From Octopus vulgaris (Eukaryota), in assembly GCA_951406725.2 (NCBI GenBank), contig OX597819.1:80104001-80168000 (forward strand): 64,000 bases of DNA, in the 5' to 3' direction. The number at the start of each line of letters is the position of its first letter. Positions within the stretch are counted from its first letter, which is position 1. Below the pieces are notes generated by a model, which ran no database searches, was not told where the DNA came from, and saw nothing but the letters and a program-made list of their open reading frames with translations. Below are positions 12,440 through 25,198 of the stretch, in pieces. The position numbers and the translations under genes were made by a program.

Positions 12440-12767
12440 TATAAACAACGTATAAATAAGGGCAAACGAAAAATTTCTAACGCCAAATATGCCGAAATTA
12501 GACACCCTGTCCATAACCATATAATTTTTCACAATACGCACGCTACTCAAAAAAAAGGTCGACAGAAATCTCTAAAAAATTCCATTATTACCATATCGGT
12601 AAAGAAATAAATGAGATACTCATACCAATGGAAGAAGCAAACACTAAGTCATGAGCACAACTAAGTACCCCAAATACATCCAAACTAGAAATTCTCCAGC
12701 CCATTTGAGACACGTGCGATTTGAACTGAGGCTCTCACAGTCTGCCCTTATTTATAGGTTGTTTATA
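12440..12767. mobile_element. MITE-like element with 25-bp terminal inverted repeats, abutting (TA)n
   Basis: TATAAACAACGTATAAATAAGGGCA (12440-12464) versus TGCCCTTATTTATAGGTTGTTTATA (12743-12767), 24/25 match; no coding capacity. Confidence 0.65.
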
Positions 12768-12841
12768 AATTTAACCTTTAAAGATATTTTTCAATATGTG
12801 GCCATTGATAAAATTTTTTTCGAAAAAATTTTATCCTACAT

Positions 12842-12975
<134 letters not shown>

Positions 12976-13051
12976 ATGTAGGATAAAATTTTTTTCGAAA
13001 AAAATTTTATCAATGGCCAGCATATTGAAAAATATCTTTAAAGGTTAAATT

Positions 13052-13410
13052 TATAAACAACCTATAAATAAGGGCAGACTGTGAGAGCCTCAGTTCAAAT
13101 CGCACGTGTCTCAAATGGGCTGGAGAATTTCTAGTTTGGATGTATTTGGGGTACTTAGTTGTGCTCATGACTTAGTGTTTGCTTCTTCCATTGGTATGAG
13201 TATCTCATTTATTTCTTTACCACATTTATCACGTACGAACTAACCCTGAAATCGGTCCGATATGGTAATAATGGAATTTTTTAGAGATTTCTGTCGACCT
13301 TTTTTTGAGTAGCGTGCGTATTGTGAAAAATTATATGGTTATGGACAGGGTGTCTAATTTCGGCATATTTGGCGTTAGAAATTTTTTCGTTTGCCCTTAT
13401 TTATACGTTG

Positions 13411-13414
<4 letters not shown>
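13052..13414. mobile_element. Second (inverted) copy of the TIR element, 37 bp longer
   Basis: Reverse complement of 12440-12767 with an extra 37-bp segment at about 13222-13258. Confidence 0.65.
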
Positions 13415-13447
<33 letters not shown>

Positions 13448-13449
13448 TC

Positions 13450-13487
<38 letters not shown>

Positions 13488-13497
13488 AATATATGTA

Positions 13498-13579
<82 letters not shown>

Positions 13580-13642
13580 GTACATACATAAATGCATACA
13601 TATATGTAACCACACACGAGCTATTTCCTTATATATACACAC

Positions 13643-13692
<50 letters not shown>

Positions 13693-13693
13693 G

Positions 13694-13813
13694 TGTGGAG
13701 GCGCAATGGCCTAGTGGTTTGTGCAGCGGACTCGCGGTCGTAGGATCGCGGTTTCGATTCCCAGGCCGGCCGTTGTGAGTGTTTATTGAGCGAAAACGCC
13801 TAAAGCTCCACGA
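13694..13813 (+). mobile_element. SINE-D 5' fragment
   Basis: GTGGAGGCGCAATGGCCTAGTGG...GGTTTCGATTCCC tRNA-like head. Confidence 0.85.
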
Positions 13814-14500
13814 TATCATATATATATATAATATCATCGGTGCATTGCTGACGATTCGTGATATTAAATGTAATAGGTGCAAATATTTTTTATTAGCGAG
13901 ACGAAGTTGTATGTCAAAAGAAAAGTTTTATTGATTTTAATATATTGAATATTATAATATACCATCTATTCTTTCGAATTTAATTTCTGTCGAGCTCTTT
14001 TAAGACAATGACTTTATAAAATACCTGTTTCAGTTGACTTGTAATGTATTCAACAATGGTAGCTGTAATTCAAAACTTTGTAATGAGCATTGGAGATTCT
14101 TGTTTTATAGATTTTACACTGAAAACTGGATAATTTATATTCTGAACGATGCTGCTCCAAACTGTAAAAACTCCAGCCGTTACAAGCGAGCATGTATATA
14201 AATAGTTGTGACTATCTATTTCGTTCTCTTTAAGCATTATAAATATTCCAAAAATATGATGAATGTGATGGGTACGTATACTTCTTGATTTTCGAGGTGA
14301 AGTACTATTTCGAGAATTTAATCGATGATAATCTATGGAATATTAATTTATTTTCTGGGATCTTTATGTTATTTACTTTCATAGAATTCAGTTCTAAAAT
14401 GTTATCTATAAACTCTGTAGTTTAATAACCAAAAGTTTCTTCCTTTCCTTTTCAGGAGTCGTTCGACTTTTCTTAGTGTAATTATGTTATATTATATTAC

Positions 14501-14635
14501 ACTAGCAAACGCCCCCCTACTGGACGGTTTGTATAGGTGAAGAGGGTTAACTTGGACGGTGTTATAGAAGTTTTAATCATCCGATGGGCAGGCCATAAGG
14601 ATTACAAAAATAGCGATTCTCAGTTTGAATATATT
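14501..14635 (-). mobile_element. Possible short non-autonomous Helitron-like relic
   Basis: The minus strand ends with an imperfect hairpin (CAAACCGTCC..GGGCGTTTG) immediately followed by CTAG-T, resembling a Helitron 3' end; the 5' end is unclear. Confidence 0.3.
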
Positions 14636-14894
14636 CTTAAGTATTTTATTTAATGGAAAAGCTTGTCTTGTATTTTTGAAAAGGCACTTTCAAGTTATTT
14701 CTCTGAATATTGCGAATATGAACACAATCTATTGTCATGTTAACACACTGAATTTCATTAATCTGTAAATATTTACGATGAGATATAGAAATGCTCAATA
14801 TTATATTCCATCCCATAAAAAGACTAAACTTCAAATTCTAAGAACCTCCAATCAATTATTCTTCCGTTCGACACATTACTGACATACAGGATGA

Positions 14895-15033
<139 letters not shown>

Positions 15034-15344
15034 CTTCTAACAATGGTATTAGAATGGGAATAAAATAGCCACCAGTGAAAATCCTACATTGGTGATTACC
15101 CTGCTACATATTGCAGGTCATATTACTGATCTTTAATTTTCCGCGTAAAGTCTTCAGAAAAAGAACACATTGTATAAAGTAATCAAAGCTACGTAGCATC
15201 AGAAGGATAAAAAGAAAGGATCGGAATGCACTGTGATAATTAGTTTTTACCTCAAGCAGTAGCAAAGACAAGTTCAGAAATATGTCATTAAACAGTTAAT
15301 TTCAAATTCTGCGAGGTCTGTGGAGTAATTATATCGTTCATCTT

Positions 15345-15692
15345 TTATTTTTTACTTGTTACAGACATCAGACTGCGGCCATGCTGACGCACAGCCCTGA
15401 GGATTGTATTTTAAGCATGGTACTTATTCTATCGGTCACATTTGTCAAACAACTAAGTTATGGGGACGTAATGACACCAACATCAGTTCTCAAGCGGTGG
15501 TAGGGGACAAAGACAAACACAGAGACAGACAAACAGACACCACACGCACACACACACACACACACACGCGCGCGCGCGTGCACTACTCACAAATCGTTAG
15601 CCGGCCGAACACTTGCCCAAGGCGCCACGTAGAGAGACTGAACCCAGAACCATGTGGTTGGGAAACAAGCTTCCAGGTACACAGCTACGCCT
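15345..15692 (-). mobile_element. Diverged, internally deleted SINE-A
   Basis: GACTGCGGCCATGCTG, TACTTATTCTATCGGT and ACACTTGCCCAAGG..CCACG motifs. Confidence 0.75.
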
Positions 15693-17214
15693 ACCCCTAT
15701 GGCATGATATATCACAAGAATATATCACAAAAGTATATCACCCAATCTTATCTTTATTATCAAGGCTGGTTAAAACTTATTAGATTTTATACTAAAATAG
15801 TTACCCAGTCCTAACTCAACATTCCAGTGCTGCCTGTCACCCAGTGGCAAATATAAGTACCCTTTTATATTTTACTTCTAACGACTGACACTGAACTAGA
15901 GAAAGTTTACAAATTGAATTTCAATTTTACTAAATTCATCGAGACATTTTTGGTATTTCGCATTAGATGGTCATGTTATGAAAGAGAGATTTTTTAGTTT
16001 GTCTTTTTATCTGTCTACTTTCTTTTTACATCAATTATCAGGATAGTATAACTACATCAATTATCAGTGCAGAAAGAAAATATTAATTTGAAAGATAATA
16101 AAGCACCAACAGCAAACAGCATTTATACATTGTCAGGCAAAGTCACGTTTATCATTCTCACGAGATCTCACCATTCCAACTGTTACGTGGACTATTCTCC
16201 GACTTCTGATTGGATGGACACTGTTGATTTTCGACATTATCTGATGGGGATTTCTTTATGATTAATGACTAGAATGAGTCTTTCAAGATAAAACGGTAAT
16301 ATATCCTTAAACAGAAAGATTTAATTCCTGCACAGATTTAAACAAATTTGCAATTAATTTTCATTTTCCAAATGTATTTATAAAGCAAAAAAATCAACCC
16401 AACAAACTAATACAATTTTGAAATTCATCATCTGTCTTAATTAGAAAATTATACAATTATCCTTGCTTCATGAGAAATTATACATTTTTTCATCTATCGT
16501 TTATTATTTTTTAATATTTTATTATTTATTTTCTTTGTATCGTTCTTTAATATTTTGCTTGTTTTTCGTTTTCAAAGAAAATCTAAACTAATCTGTTGGT
16601 TTCCAATTTCGATATCGAGTTTCCGTCTAAAGCTATGGAAATATTAATAACAGGCTTGGAAATCAACAATCAAATACAAGGGAAGTGCTGGACCCACTTG
16701 AAAGATTACACACTGCCGTGTTCGAGAACTGTGTTCGGTTCATTGGAGCTGTTCGTTAACACGAGTAAAAAAGGGGAGGCTTAACCCAATCATCATTACT
16801 CGTCTTTGAATGAAGGTAATAAAGATGACCTGACATGTTTAGTTATGCTAGACTTTTATGATATTTGTTTCATTCTGCGTGTATGTAATATGAATATGTA
16901 TAGCAGTTATGTATGTAATTTTATTTAAACATATAAAGTAATAGGTACGCAAAAATCCTCACACACATAAATGCTTATACAATATAGCCAACACCGCTAT
17001 TGGAAACAACTTAATTTTGATAGAGTACTTCTAACACGTGTATTTGACAAGCTCTAAACAGTGAAAGTGCTTACATAATATGGACCTTCTTTCCAAAACA
17101 ATTCTATCATTCTGTGTTTAAAAATGTTTTATCTCTTTAATAATTATTAATTTAAGAGACTCTTTCTTCATATATATACACAAATACACATACATATACT
17201 CATATGATAAGTAT

Positions 17215-17246
<32 letters not shown>

Positions 17247-18084
17247 GTATACACACACACACACACACACACATATATACATGCGTATCTGTTTGCATAT
17301 AGAGGTGTACACATGTATGCATATATGTGTGCGTGTTTGTGTGTGTGTATGTGAGTGTGTGTTTGTGTGATGGTGTGTGTAAACGTATTGATACCATGGA
17401 ATAAATTATTATGAGTAGTAACCTTGATAAAATGTGCATTATTGTATAATATCAAATTATAATCTATATCGGAGAGAACATTTCAAATGAACTCTCTATG
17501 TCCTTAAGTGTTCTTCGGGATGGAACAACAATCAGATCGAAACACTTTGTCTGATGATCTGCCGACTACATTTTAAGAAACTTCCGTTTTTCATTACTGT
17601 TCTTTCTTTTTTTTTTTACACTTAACACAGAACTCTCTAAGATAAAATAATTCAGAAAGGACTGTTCTACACTTCTATGTGCAGCAAAACAGTGTTGCAC
17701 TCATCATTATATATGTATATATAAGCATACAAACGAACGCACACGCACACGCACACAGACACACACACCCACACACACAAATGCACACGCACACACACAT
17801 GCAAAAACACACACACACACATGCAAAAACACACACACACGCACACACACAGACATACACACTCACAAATGCACATGCACACACACACACACACACATAT
17901 ACACATGTATAACGTGCTTTCCAATTTCAGTTTACACAATATTTCAGAGGCGCTATGTTGCAAGTCCATCGCTAAAGTCGTCGCATTTTCAAGTCGATCT
18001 AGAACCCATATCGTTGTGAGACATTCTTCATAACTACGTTGCCACGTCTATACATAGCTAGCTAGACAGACAAACAGGCAGGTA

Positions 18085-18092
18085 GATAGATT

Positions 18093-18182
<90 letters not shown>
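18085..18182. repeat. (GATA)n microsatellite
   Basis: Direct reading. Confidence 0.95.
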
Positions 18183-18373
18183 CATACAACTAAATGTCAG
18201 AACTTCGTTTGTAGTTCAGTACTTGAATGTCCAACTTAATAGCTGCAATCATGTAGTTTTCAGCTTTCACGTTTACAATTCAATTAGATTGGACTCATAG
18301 AAATTATAGCTAATGAAGCAGTTTGATATAAGTAATAAGAGTCATACATAAAGGAAGCTTAATAATATATAAA

Positions 18374-18683
18374 GTGGAGGCGCAATGGCCCAGTGGTTCG
18401 GGCAGCGGACTCGCGGTCGGAGGATCGCGGTTTCGATTCCCAGGGCGTTGTGTGTGTTTATTGAGCGAAAACATCTAAAAGCTCCACGAGGCTCCGGCAG
18501 GGGGTGGTGGCGAACCCTGTTGTACCCTTTCGCCACAACTTTCTCTCACTCTCTCTTCCTGTTTCTTGAGTAACGCTGCGATGGACTGGCGTCCCGTCCA
18601 GCTAGGGGGAACACATACGCCACAGAAACCGGGAAACCGGGCTCATGAGCCTGGCTAGGCTTGGAAAGGGCGACGTTTTATCG
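18374..18683 (+). mobile_element. Full-length tRNA-derived SINE-D with 14-bp TSD
   Basis: A-box TGGCCCAGTGG and B-box GTTTCGATTCC; perfect TSD TAATAATATATAAA at 18360-18373 and 18684-18697. Confidence 0.9.
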
Positions 18684-18769
18684 TAATAATATATAAAATA
18701 AAATTATAGATAAATTTTTAAACTGCATGGCTATCTTTAAGTTGCTATCTCTTAACCACTTTCGAATTG

Positions 18770-19110
18770 TACTGGCACTCCGCCGGTTACAGCGACGAGG
18801 GTTTCAATTGATCCAATCAACGAAACAGCCTGCTAGTGAAATTAACGTGTCGGTGGCTGAGAACTCCAATGACACGCGAACACTTAACCTAGTATTCATG
18901 GAGATTCAGCATAACACAGGATGTGACAATACTGGCCCTTTCGTATGCAGGTACAACTCATTTCTGCCAGTTGAGTGAACTGGGACAACGAGAAATTGAG
19001 TGTCTTTCTCAACGACACAACGCGCCGTTGGGAATCGAACTCCCGATCTTATACCCTAACCACCAATACCCTAGCCACCAAACCGTATACCCTAACCATC
19101 AAGCCACACA
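18770..19110 (-). mobile_element. tRNA-derived SINE-E (head and core shared with SINE-C, different tail)
   Basis: The minus strand has GAGTTCGATTCCC and GTTGTGTCGTTGAGAAAGACAC..CCCAGTTCACTCAACTGGCAGAAATGAGTTG like SINE-C, then an unrelated 3' part. Confidence 0.75.
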
Positions 19111-19585
19111 TCTCTCGACTTATTACAACTACATTATCTAAACAACTGACTGTACACATACAATTAGGAGATATTACAATAATATATATCTAGCCAAATA
19201 GCATAAACCTAGAATTAAAAAAGTAACTCTTCAAAGTGCTACTATGTAACACAGCGTGTATAACAAAAAGATTAGTCTTAGAAACTACTAAACCAGAATT
19301 AACGCAGCTTATTTTAGTAATGTAACGATGGCAGACTCTTAGGCTTAAGCCTTTCCTAATTGCTTAAGCATTTCCTAAATTTTGAAAGAAAATTGTTAGA
19401 TATTTTGGAATTCCGTAAAAGTGAAAGAGATGCAAGAAGATTGAGATGATCTTGTTTTGTTATGCTCGAAGCTAAAAGATTTATAAAAGAATTGATAATA
19501 AGAAGCGCATTGAAAACCATTTCATTAAAAAATAACTAAGTCCAGTAAAATCTATAAAAGCAGTTGTGAGGAAGCTATTTATGGA

Positions 19586-20152
19586 AAGGCGGCGATCTGG
19601 CAGAAAGGTTAGCACAACTGGCGAAATGCTTAGCGGTATTACGTCTGCCGTTACGTTCTGAGTTCAAATTCCGCCGACGTCGACTTTGCCTTTCATCCTT
19701 TCGGGGTCGATAAATATAGTACCAGTTACACACTGGGGTCGATGTAATCGACTTAATACCTATGTCTATCCTTGTTTGTCCTCTCTGTGTTTAGCCCCTT
19801 GTGGGTAATAAAGAAATAGGTATTTCGTCTGCCGCTACGTTTTCAGGTCGACTTTGCCTTTCACCCTTTCGGGGTCGATTAAATAAGTACCAGTTACGCA
19901 CTGGGGTCGATGTAATCGACTTAATCCGTTTGTCTGTCCTTGTATGTTCCCTCTGTGTTTAGCCCCTTGTGGGTAGTAAAGAAATAGGTATTTCGTCTGC
20001 CGTTAGGTTTTGAGTTCAAATTCGCCGATGCCGACTTCGCCTTTCACCCTTTCGGGGTCGATAAATTAAGTACCACTTGCGTAATGGGATCGATCTAATC
20101 GTCTGGCCTCCTCCCCCAAAATGTCAGGCCTTGTAATCAATGTAGAAAAGAA
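19586..20152 (+). mobile_element. SINE-B trimer: head-body-tail2 / body-tail2 / body-tail1
   Basis: Identical junctions AAGAAATA|GGTATTTCGTCTGCCG at 19818|19819 and 19986|19987. Confidence 0.9.
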
Positions 20153-20370
20153 CATAATAGTATAAACTGATCTAAAACATAGACTTGTTATAATTACATA
20201 AACACACCAACCTAACACACAGTAAAGTAATCGAACCTTACGATCATAAGCACAACACTATAATCACTAAGCAACGTAGCATCGCGTATATGTGTATGTA
20301 CGATCGTGTGTGCTGCGTGTGTATGTGTATCTATGCGTGTTTATCTATATGTGTTTATCCTTCCACCACC

Positions 20371-20371
<1 letters not shown>

Positions 20372-20401
<30 letters not shown>

Positions 20402-20579
20402 TGTATGTATGTATGTATGTATGTATGTATGTATGTATGTATGTATGTATGTATGTATGTATGTATGTATGTATGTATGTATGTATGTATGTATGTATGT
20501 ATGTATGTATGCATGCATGCATGCATGCATGCATGTATGTATGTATGCATGCATGCATACATGTATGTATGTATGTATG

Positions 20580-20608
<29 letters not shown>
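20372..20608. repeat. (ATGT)n/(ATGC)n microsatellite
   Basis: Direct reading. Confidence 0.95.
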
Positions 20609-20609
<1 letters not shown>

Positions 20610-20610
<1 letters not shown>

Positions 20611-20806
20611 TGATAGATCGGTAGCCACTACACATATTTTCTCTCTCCTCGTTTCTCTCCTTGTTTTTTCGGTGTCCCTTTCTGTAGAAGAGCGTAGGCT
20701 CGAAACGTAATAGACTTTTTCAATTCCTGAGCGTTATACTAATACCCTTGTGTGTTTTCTACACCACCGGTCTGTCTTCGTCTTTGTTTTTTTTCGTAAA
20801 CTCTCC
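20610..20806 (+). mobile_element. ~190-bp PLE-terminus-like repeat with a variant hammerhead motif (copy 1)
   Basis: Near-identical to 23118-23300; contains CUGUAGAA GAGC-GUAG-GCUC GAAA CG UA; flanked by microsatellites. Confidence 0.7.
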
Positions 20807-21574
20807 TATATATATATTGTGTCATATCGACTTTGTTCCACGTTTGCATTCGTTTTCTCTTTAAGAATTCGCTAAACAATTTATTGTTAGGTAATCAGAC
20901 AAATGGGTATGTCCTTTCATCTGTTATCATCATGAAATCATATCAACAATTTCAAGCTTGCAGAGTAAATTTAAACGAAAACAATGGAATACATGAGATG
21001 TGACAAGACCAAGAAGTAAGCATTTGATTTTAAACGCTGCTGAACCTCTTTGTTTCAGAAACCTGAAGTGTTTGGAGAGACGTGTAGAAAATCTTGTATG
21101 GATATATTGCTAAAAGCAAATTTTAAAGTGAGTCTCAATCAGTCATATGCAAGTTCTCTTGATTTATGTGTGTGCGCAGGTTTACGTGAGTAGCTGTGAG
21201 ATCAAAAAGTCTGATCCGCTACCATTTACTTCCACTGTTGGTCACCTCACTGGCAACTTGGTCGTGTGTCTGCTACTGTTGCTCTTGGTTGACCATGTCT
21301 TGCCATTAGAAGTTGACAGAATATCGGGAATTTGAGAATGAATGAGGTTGTTCACGTTTAAAGAAATATATCCTACTATCAACAACAAAAAACACTACTA
21401 ATTATTGCATTTTGCACTTCATTCTCTATCCTCTTACATCTGTCACATGCCAGTATGGCGATATGCAAGCACGTGAAAATACACGCAAACAAGGTATTCT
21501 TCAATTGTTTATTTATATCTTCGGTTTCCTGTTCTAGAATCAAAATTACATGTTATACGTTTTGATAGTGGTAA

Positions 21575-21729
21575 CAGGCGTGGCTGTCTTGTAAGAAGTT
21601 TGCTTCCTAACCACATGGTCCCGGGTTCAGTCCCACTACGTGGCATCTTGAGTAAGTGACTTCTACTATAGTATTGGGCCGACCAAAGCCTTGTGAGTGA
21701 ATTTGATAGACGGAAACTGAAAGAAGACC

Positions 21730-21806
<77 letters not shown>

Positions 21807-22020
21807 TGCGTGTGTGTGTGTATTTATGTGTGAGTCTTTGTTTGTATCTTTGTGTCTCTGTTTGTTCCTCAGCACCGCTTGACAATCGGTGTTGGTTTGT
21901 TTACGTCCCTGATAGAATAAGTAGCAGGCTTATTAAAAAGAAAGACAAGGCTCGATTCGATCGGCTAAAACCTCTTTAAAGCGGTGCCCCAGCATGACCG
22001 CCTTCATGACTGAAGCAAAT
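21575..22020 (+). mobile_element. SINE-A
   Basis: Head CAGGCGTGGCTGT..GGGTTCAGTCCCACT, internal (TA)(TG) tract, tail GCGGTGCCCCAGCATGACCGC. Confidence 0.85.
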
Positions 22021-22833
22021 AAATCATAATGAAGATAAAAATTAAAAATATAAATTTACTTTGTTTAATGTCTATTCATTTGCTGTTATCTGTCTAGATT
22101 ATCTCAAAATTTAATTTCAGATTTATTCCTTGCTATAAATCGGATATAAGACATTTTAGTATGTAGATTTATGCTAAAAGGTGGTGCGTGTATTCAATAA
22201 AGAATGTATTCAAAGAATCTAAGCATCCATACATAAAAGGATTTCCAGATTAATTCGGGACGCTAATAACTTATATCGACGACATATTCGAAGGGTCGCC
22301 GACACTTTATTACTGAATTTTTATAGAAAATCACTGGTTGCAATTTCGGTAGTTCAACGGAGTAGTTGCTAAACTTTTGGCAAATCATCTCATATTTATA
22401 GATGCTTCTGATTATAGGCTTTGAAGCTCTGATCACGCAAATAGAGTGATGAAGCTTCTACTGGATTACTGGATCTTCATCAAAAGCAAACTATATTAGG
22501 ATTATTAGATTCATATATTGAAGTAAGCTTCATGGAATTATTTTTTAAGGTCTTGGTCATGTACATATATATTACAGAGTATCTGAGGATGAATGTAGGT
22601 AGTTAAAGGCAAAATTAAGAGATCAAAAGTTTGTCAAGAGATCACTTAATTTATCACTGATGAACACCTCTGTGATCCTCCTTCGTAAGATCCTTAATAC
22701 AATCAAACTATATACCTAGCACTCAAAACCTATCTCCATCTCTGCAGCAAAATGCCATAAAATGTACACTTAAATCTCAAATAAAAGGCACATTGCATCA
22801 TCATGAGTCCTGATACATAAATGCATACATAAT

Positions 22834-22874
<41 letters not shown>

Positions 22875-23015
22875 CAAACACACACACAAACAACTCAAAC
22901 AAACACATACACATATATATGTATATTATGTATATATATATGTATATGTATATATATATGTATATGTATATATATATATGTATATATATATGTATATATA
23001 TATACATATATATAC

Positions 23016-23093
<78 letters not shown>

Positions 23094-23117
23094 CCCTTCT
23101 GTCCGAAGTCAGTCGCC

Positions 23118-23297
23118 ATGATAGATCGTTAGCCACTACACACATTTTTTTCTCTCCTTGTTTTTTCTGTGTCCCTTTCTGTAGAAGAGCGTAGGCTCGA
23201 AACGTAAAAGACTTTTCCTATTCCTGAGCGTTATACTAATACATCTGTTTGTTTTGTACACCACCTGTCTTCGTCTTTTGTTTTTTTCGTTAACTCT

Positions 23298-23300
<3 letters not shown>
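23118..23300 (+). mobile_element. ~190-bp PLE-terminus-like repeat with a variant hammerhead motif (copy 2)
   Basis: CUUU CUGUAGAA GAGC-GUAG-GCUC GAAA CG UA AAAG at 23175-23210; 3' end runs into (TA)n. Confidence 0.7.
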
Positions 23301-23351
<51 letters not shown>

Positions 23352-23742
23352 CACAGACCCTTCCATTGTATTATGCTATTATTCTAGCACAAATGCATAG
23401 GCAATGAAGACAGTCGGGCAAACAAATAATACAAGCAACAAAACTACATAAAACCATGGACACTTTAAACAATTTCAGTCTTACTAGTTTGAAGGAGAAC
23501 TTAGAGTAACGCGACCCCATGATATAAATTATGCACTGATAAGAAGCACGTCAGACATATTTTTGATTTATCAGTTGCATAACGGATATCACTCTGATAT
23601 TGACACCTACGCAGTACTGTTCAATCCGGCTGTGTCAACAGCATTAAAAAGAAACCCATCCCCAAATCCCAAACAAGCTAATTAAGGGATTAAATGCCTT
23701 GAATATAATGCTGTTGTTGTTGTTATTGTTGTTTAGTTCTTG

Positions 23743-24081
23743 TGAAGGTACATGGCTCAGTGGTTAGAGAGTCGATCTTACGATCGTGAGGTTGTGAGTT
23801 CGATTTCCGGACCGAGCTGCGTGTGGTGTTCTTGAACAAGGCGCTTTATTTCACGTTGCTCCAGTTCACTCAGCTGTAGAAGTGTGTTGCAACATCACTG
23901 GTGCCAAGCTGTGTCGGCTTTTGCCTTTCCCTTGAATAACATCAGTGGTGTGGAGAGGGGAGTCTGGTATGCATAGGCAACTGCTGGTCTTTCATAAACT
24001 ACCTTCCCCGGACTTGTGCCTCTGAGGGTAACTTTCAAGGTGCAATCCCATGGTCATTTATGACCGAGGGGGGTCTCCTCC
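23743..24081 (+). mobile_element. Full-length SINE-C with 13-bp TSD
   Basis: TSD TGTTTAGTTCTTG (23730-23742) / TGTTTAGCTCTTG (24082-24094). Confidence 0.9.
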
Positions 24082-24921
24082 TGTTTAGCTCTTGGTCAGT
24101 GTTGACAAAGCAACGATTTGAATCATATTCATGTAAAGACATTTCAGTGACATTCACCTATAGAGCAAAAATGTGATTTTGCTCTAATGTGATATTGTTT
24201 TTAAAATATAGAGCATGATTCCAATGAGATCTGACCGCTGTTTTTAACAACGCAACGAACCACTTAGAGAATTTGGTACAAAGTATTATATTTCTCATTA
24301 AAGCAAAACTTCTCGGGGCTTAATTCATCAATGGATATCTCAAAAATAGCAGGAAAGATTAACGAAAGGATTATATGCTACAAATACTTATTCCGCAGAC
24401 AAACTAGGTAATACCATTCCACAACAATGAATTGTATCAATAGGCAAGTTTAATTAACAATAAATCGATGTGTTATTTTTAAAGAATTCTCATATTTAAG
24501 TGACAATGTATGCATATAGTTTTAAATACATACAAAGTTATGTATCGCAGGTAGACATTGTAATTGTCAGAGATTGGTATGTGAATATATCTATTTAAAT
24601 TTAATTTCTTGCTCGAGGGAAAATTCCACAGACAAAAGCTAATGCACAGATATACAAGCACACATATGTAACATACAAATACATACATATAACTATCGAT
24701 AGATACATGTGAATATTTGCGTGTGTTGGGATGTGGGTGTGTGTATAGGCATAAACACATATAGGCAGTTAGTCTATGTTTTCTTAAATTTAAAAGAAAA
24801 TAAACAGAAAAATGATGTCTAGTCATCAGCAGAAATACATCACACACAAAAAAGCAGCAGGTATATATTACAATAAGCATCTTTCACTCTTCTCCATTAT
24901 CTCGCTTTCTCTCTCTCTCTG

Positions 24922-24966
<45 letters not shown>

Positions 24967-25028
24967 TCTTACTTTCCCCATACCTTTTCCACGTGTAGTT
25001 TCTATTTTATTTTTGAAATATATTACTG

Positions 25029-25084
<56 letters not shown>

Positions 25085-25120
25085 ATCAAAATAAAATAAA
25101 AACATGATGCGAAGGATTCA

Positions 25121-25198
25121 GCGGTACATATGTTTCGGGCCTTTATTAGACAGATTTATAACAATGCATAATGTATGTCTGTGGCCTTCTTCAGCCGC
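25121..25198 (-). ncRNA. Type-I hammerhead ribozyme motif with intact core and extended stem II
   Basis: Minus strand: GCGG CUGAAGA A GGCC [ACAGA...UCUGU inner stem] GGCC C GAAA CAUAUG UA CCGC. Stem I is GCGG/CCGC, stem III is the palindrome ACAUAUGU, and the site is GUA. Confidence 0.8.

Noticed and set aside
16577-16815. Possible exon containing the 62-aa ORF 16596-16784
   Set aside because: Weak splice sites and no recognisable protein similarity.
17551-17590. CTGATGA...GAAAC
   Set aside because: No stem II or stem I complementarity.
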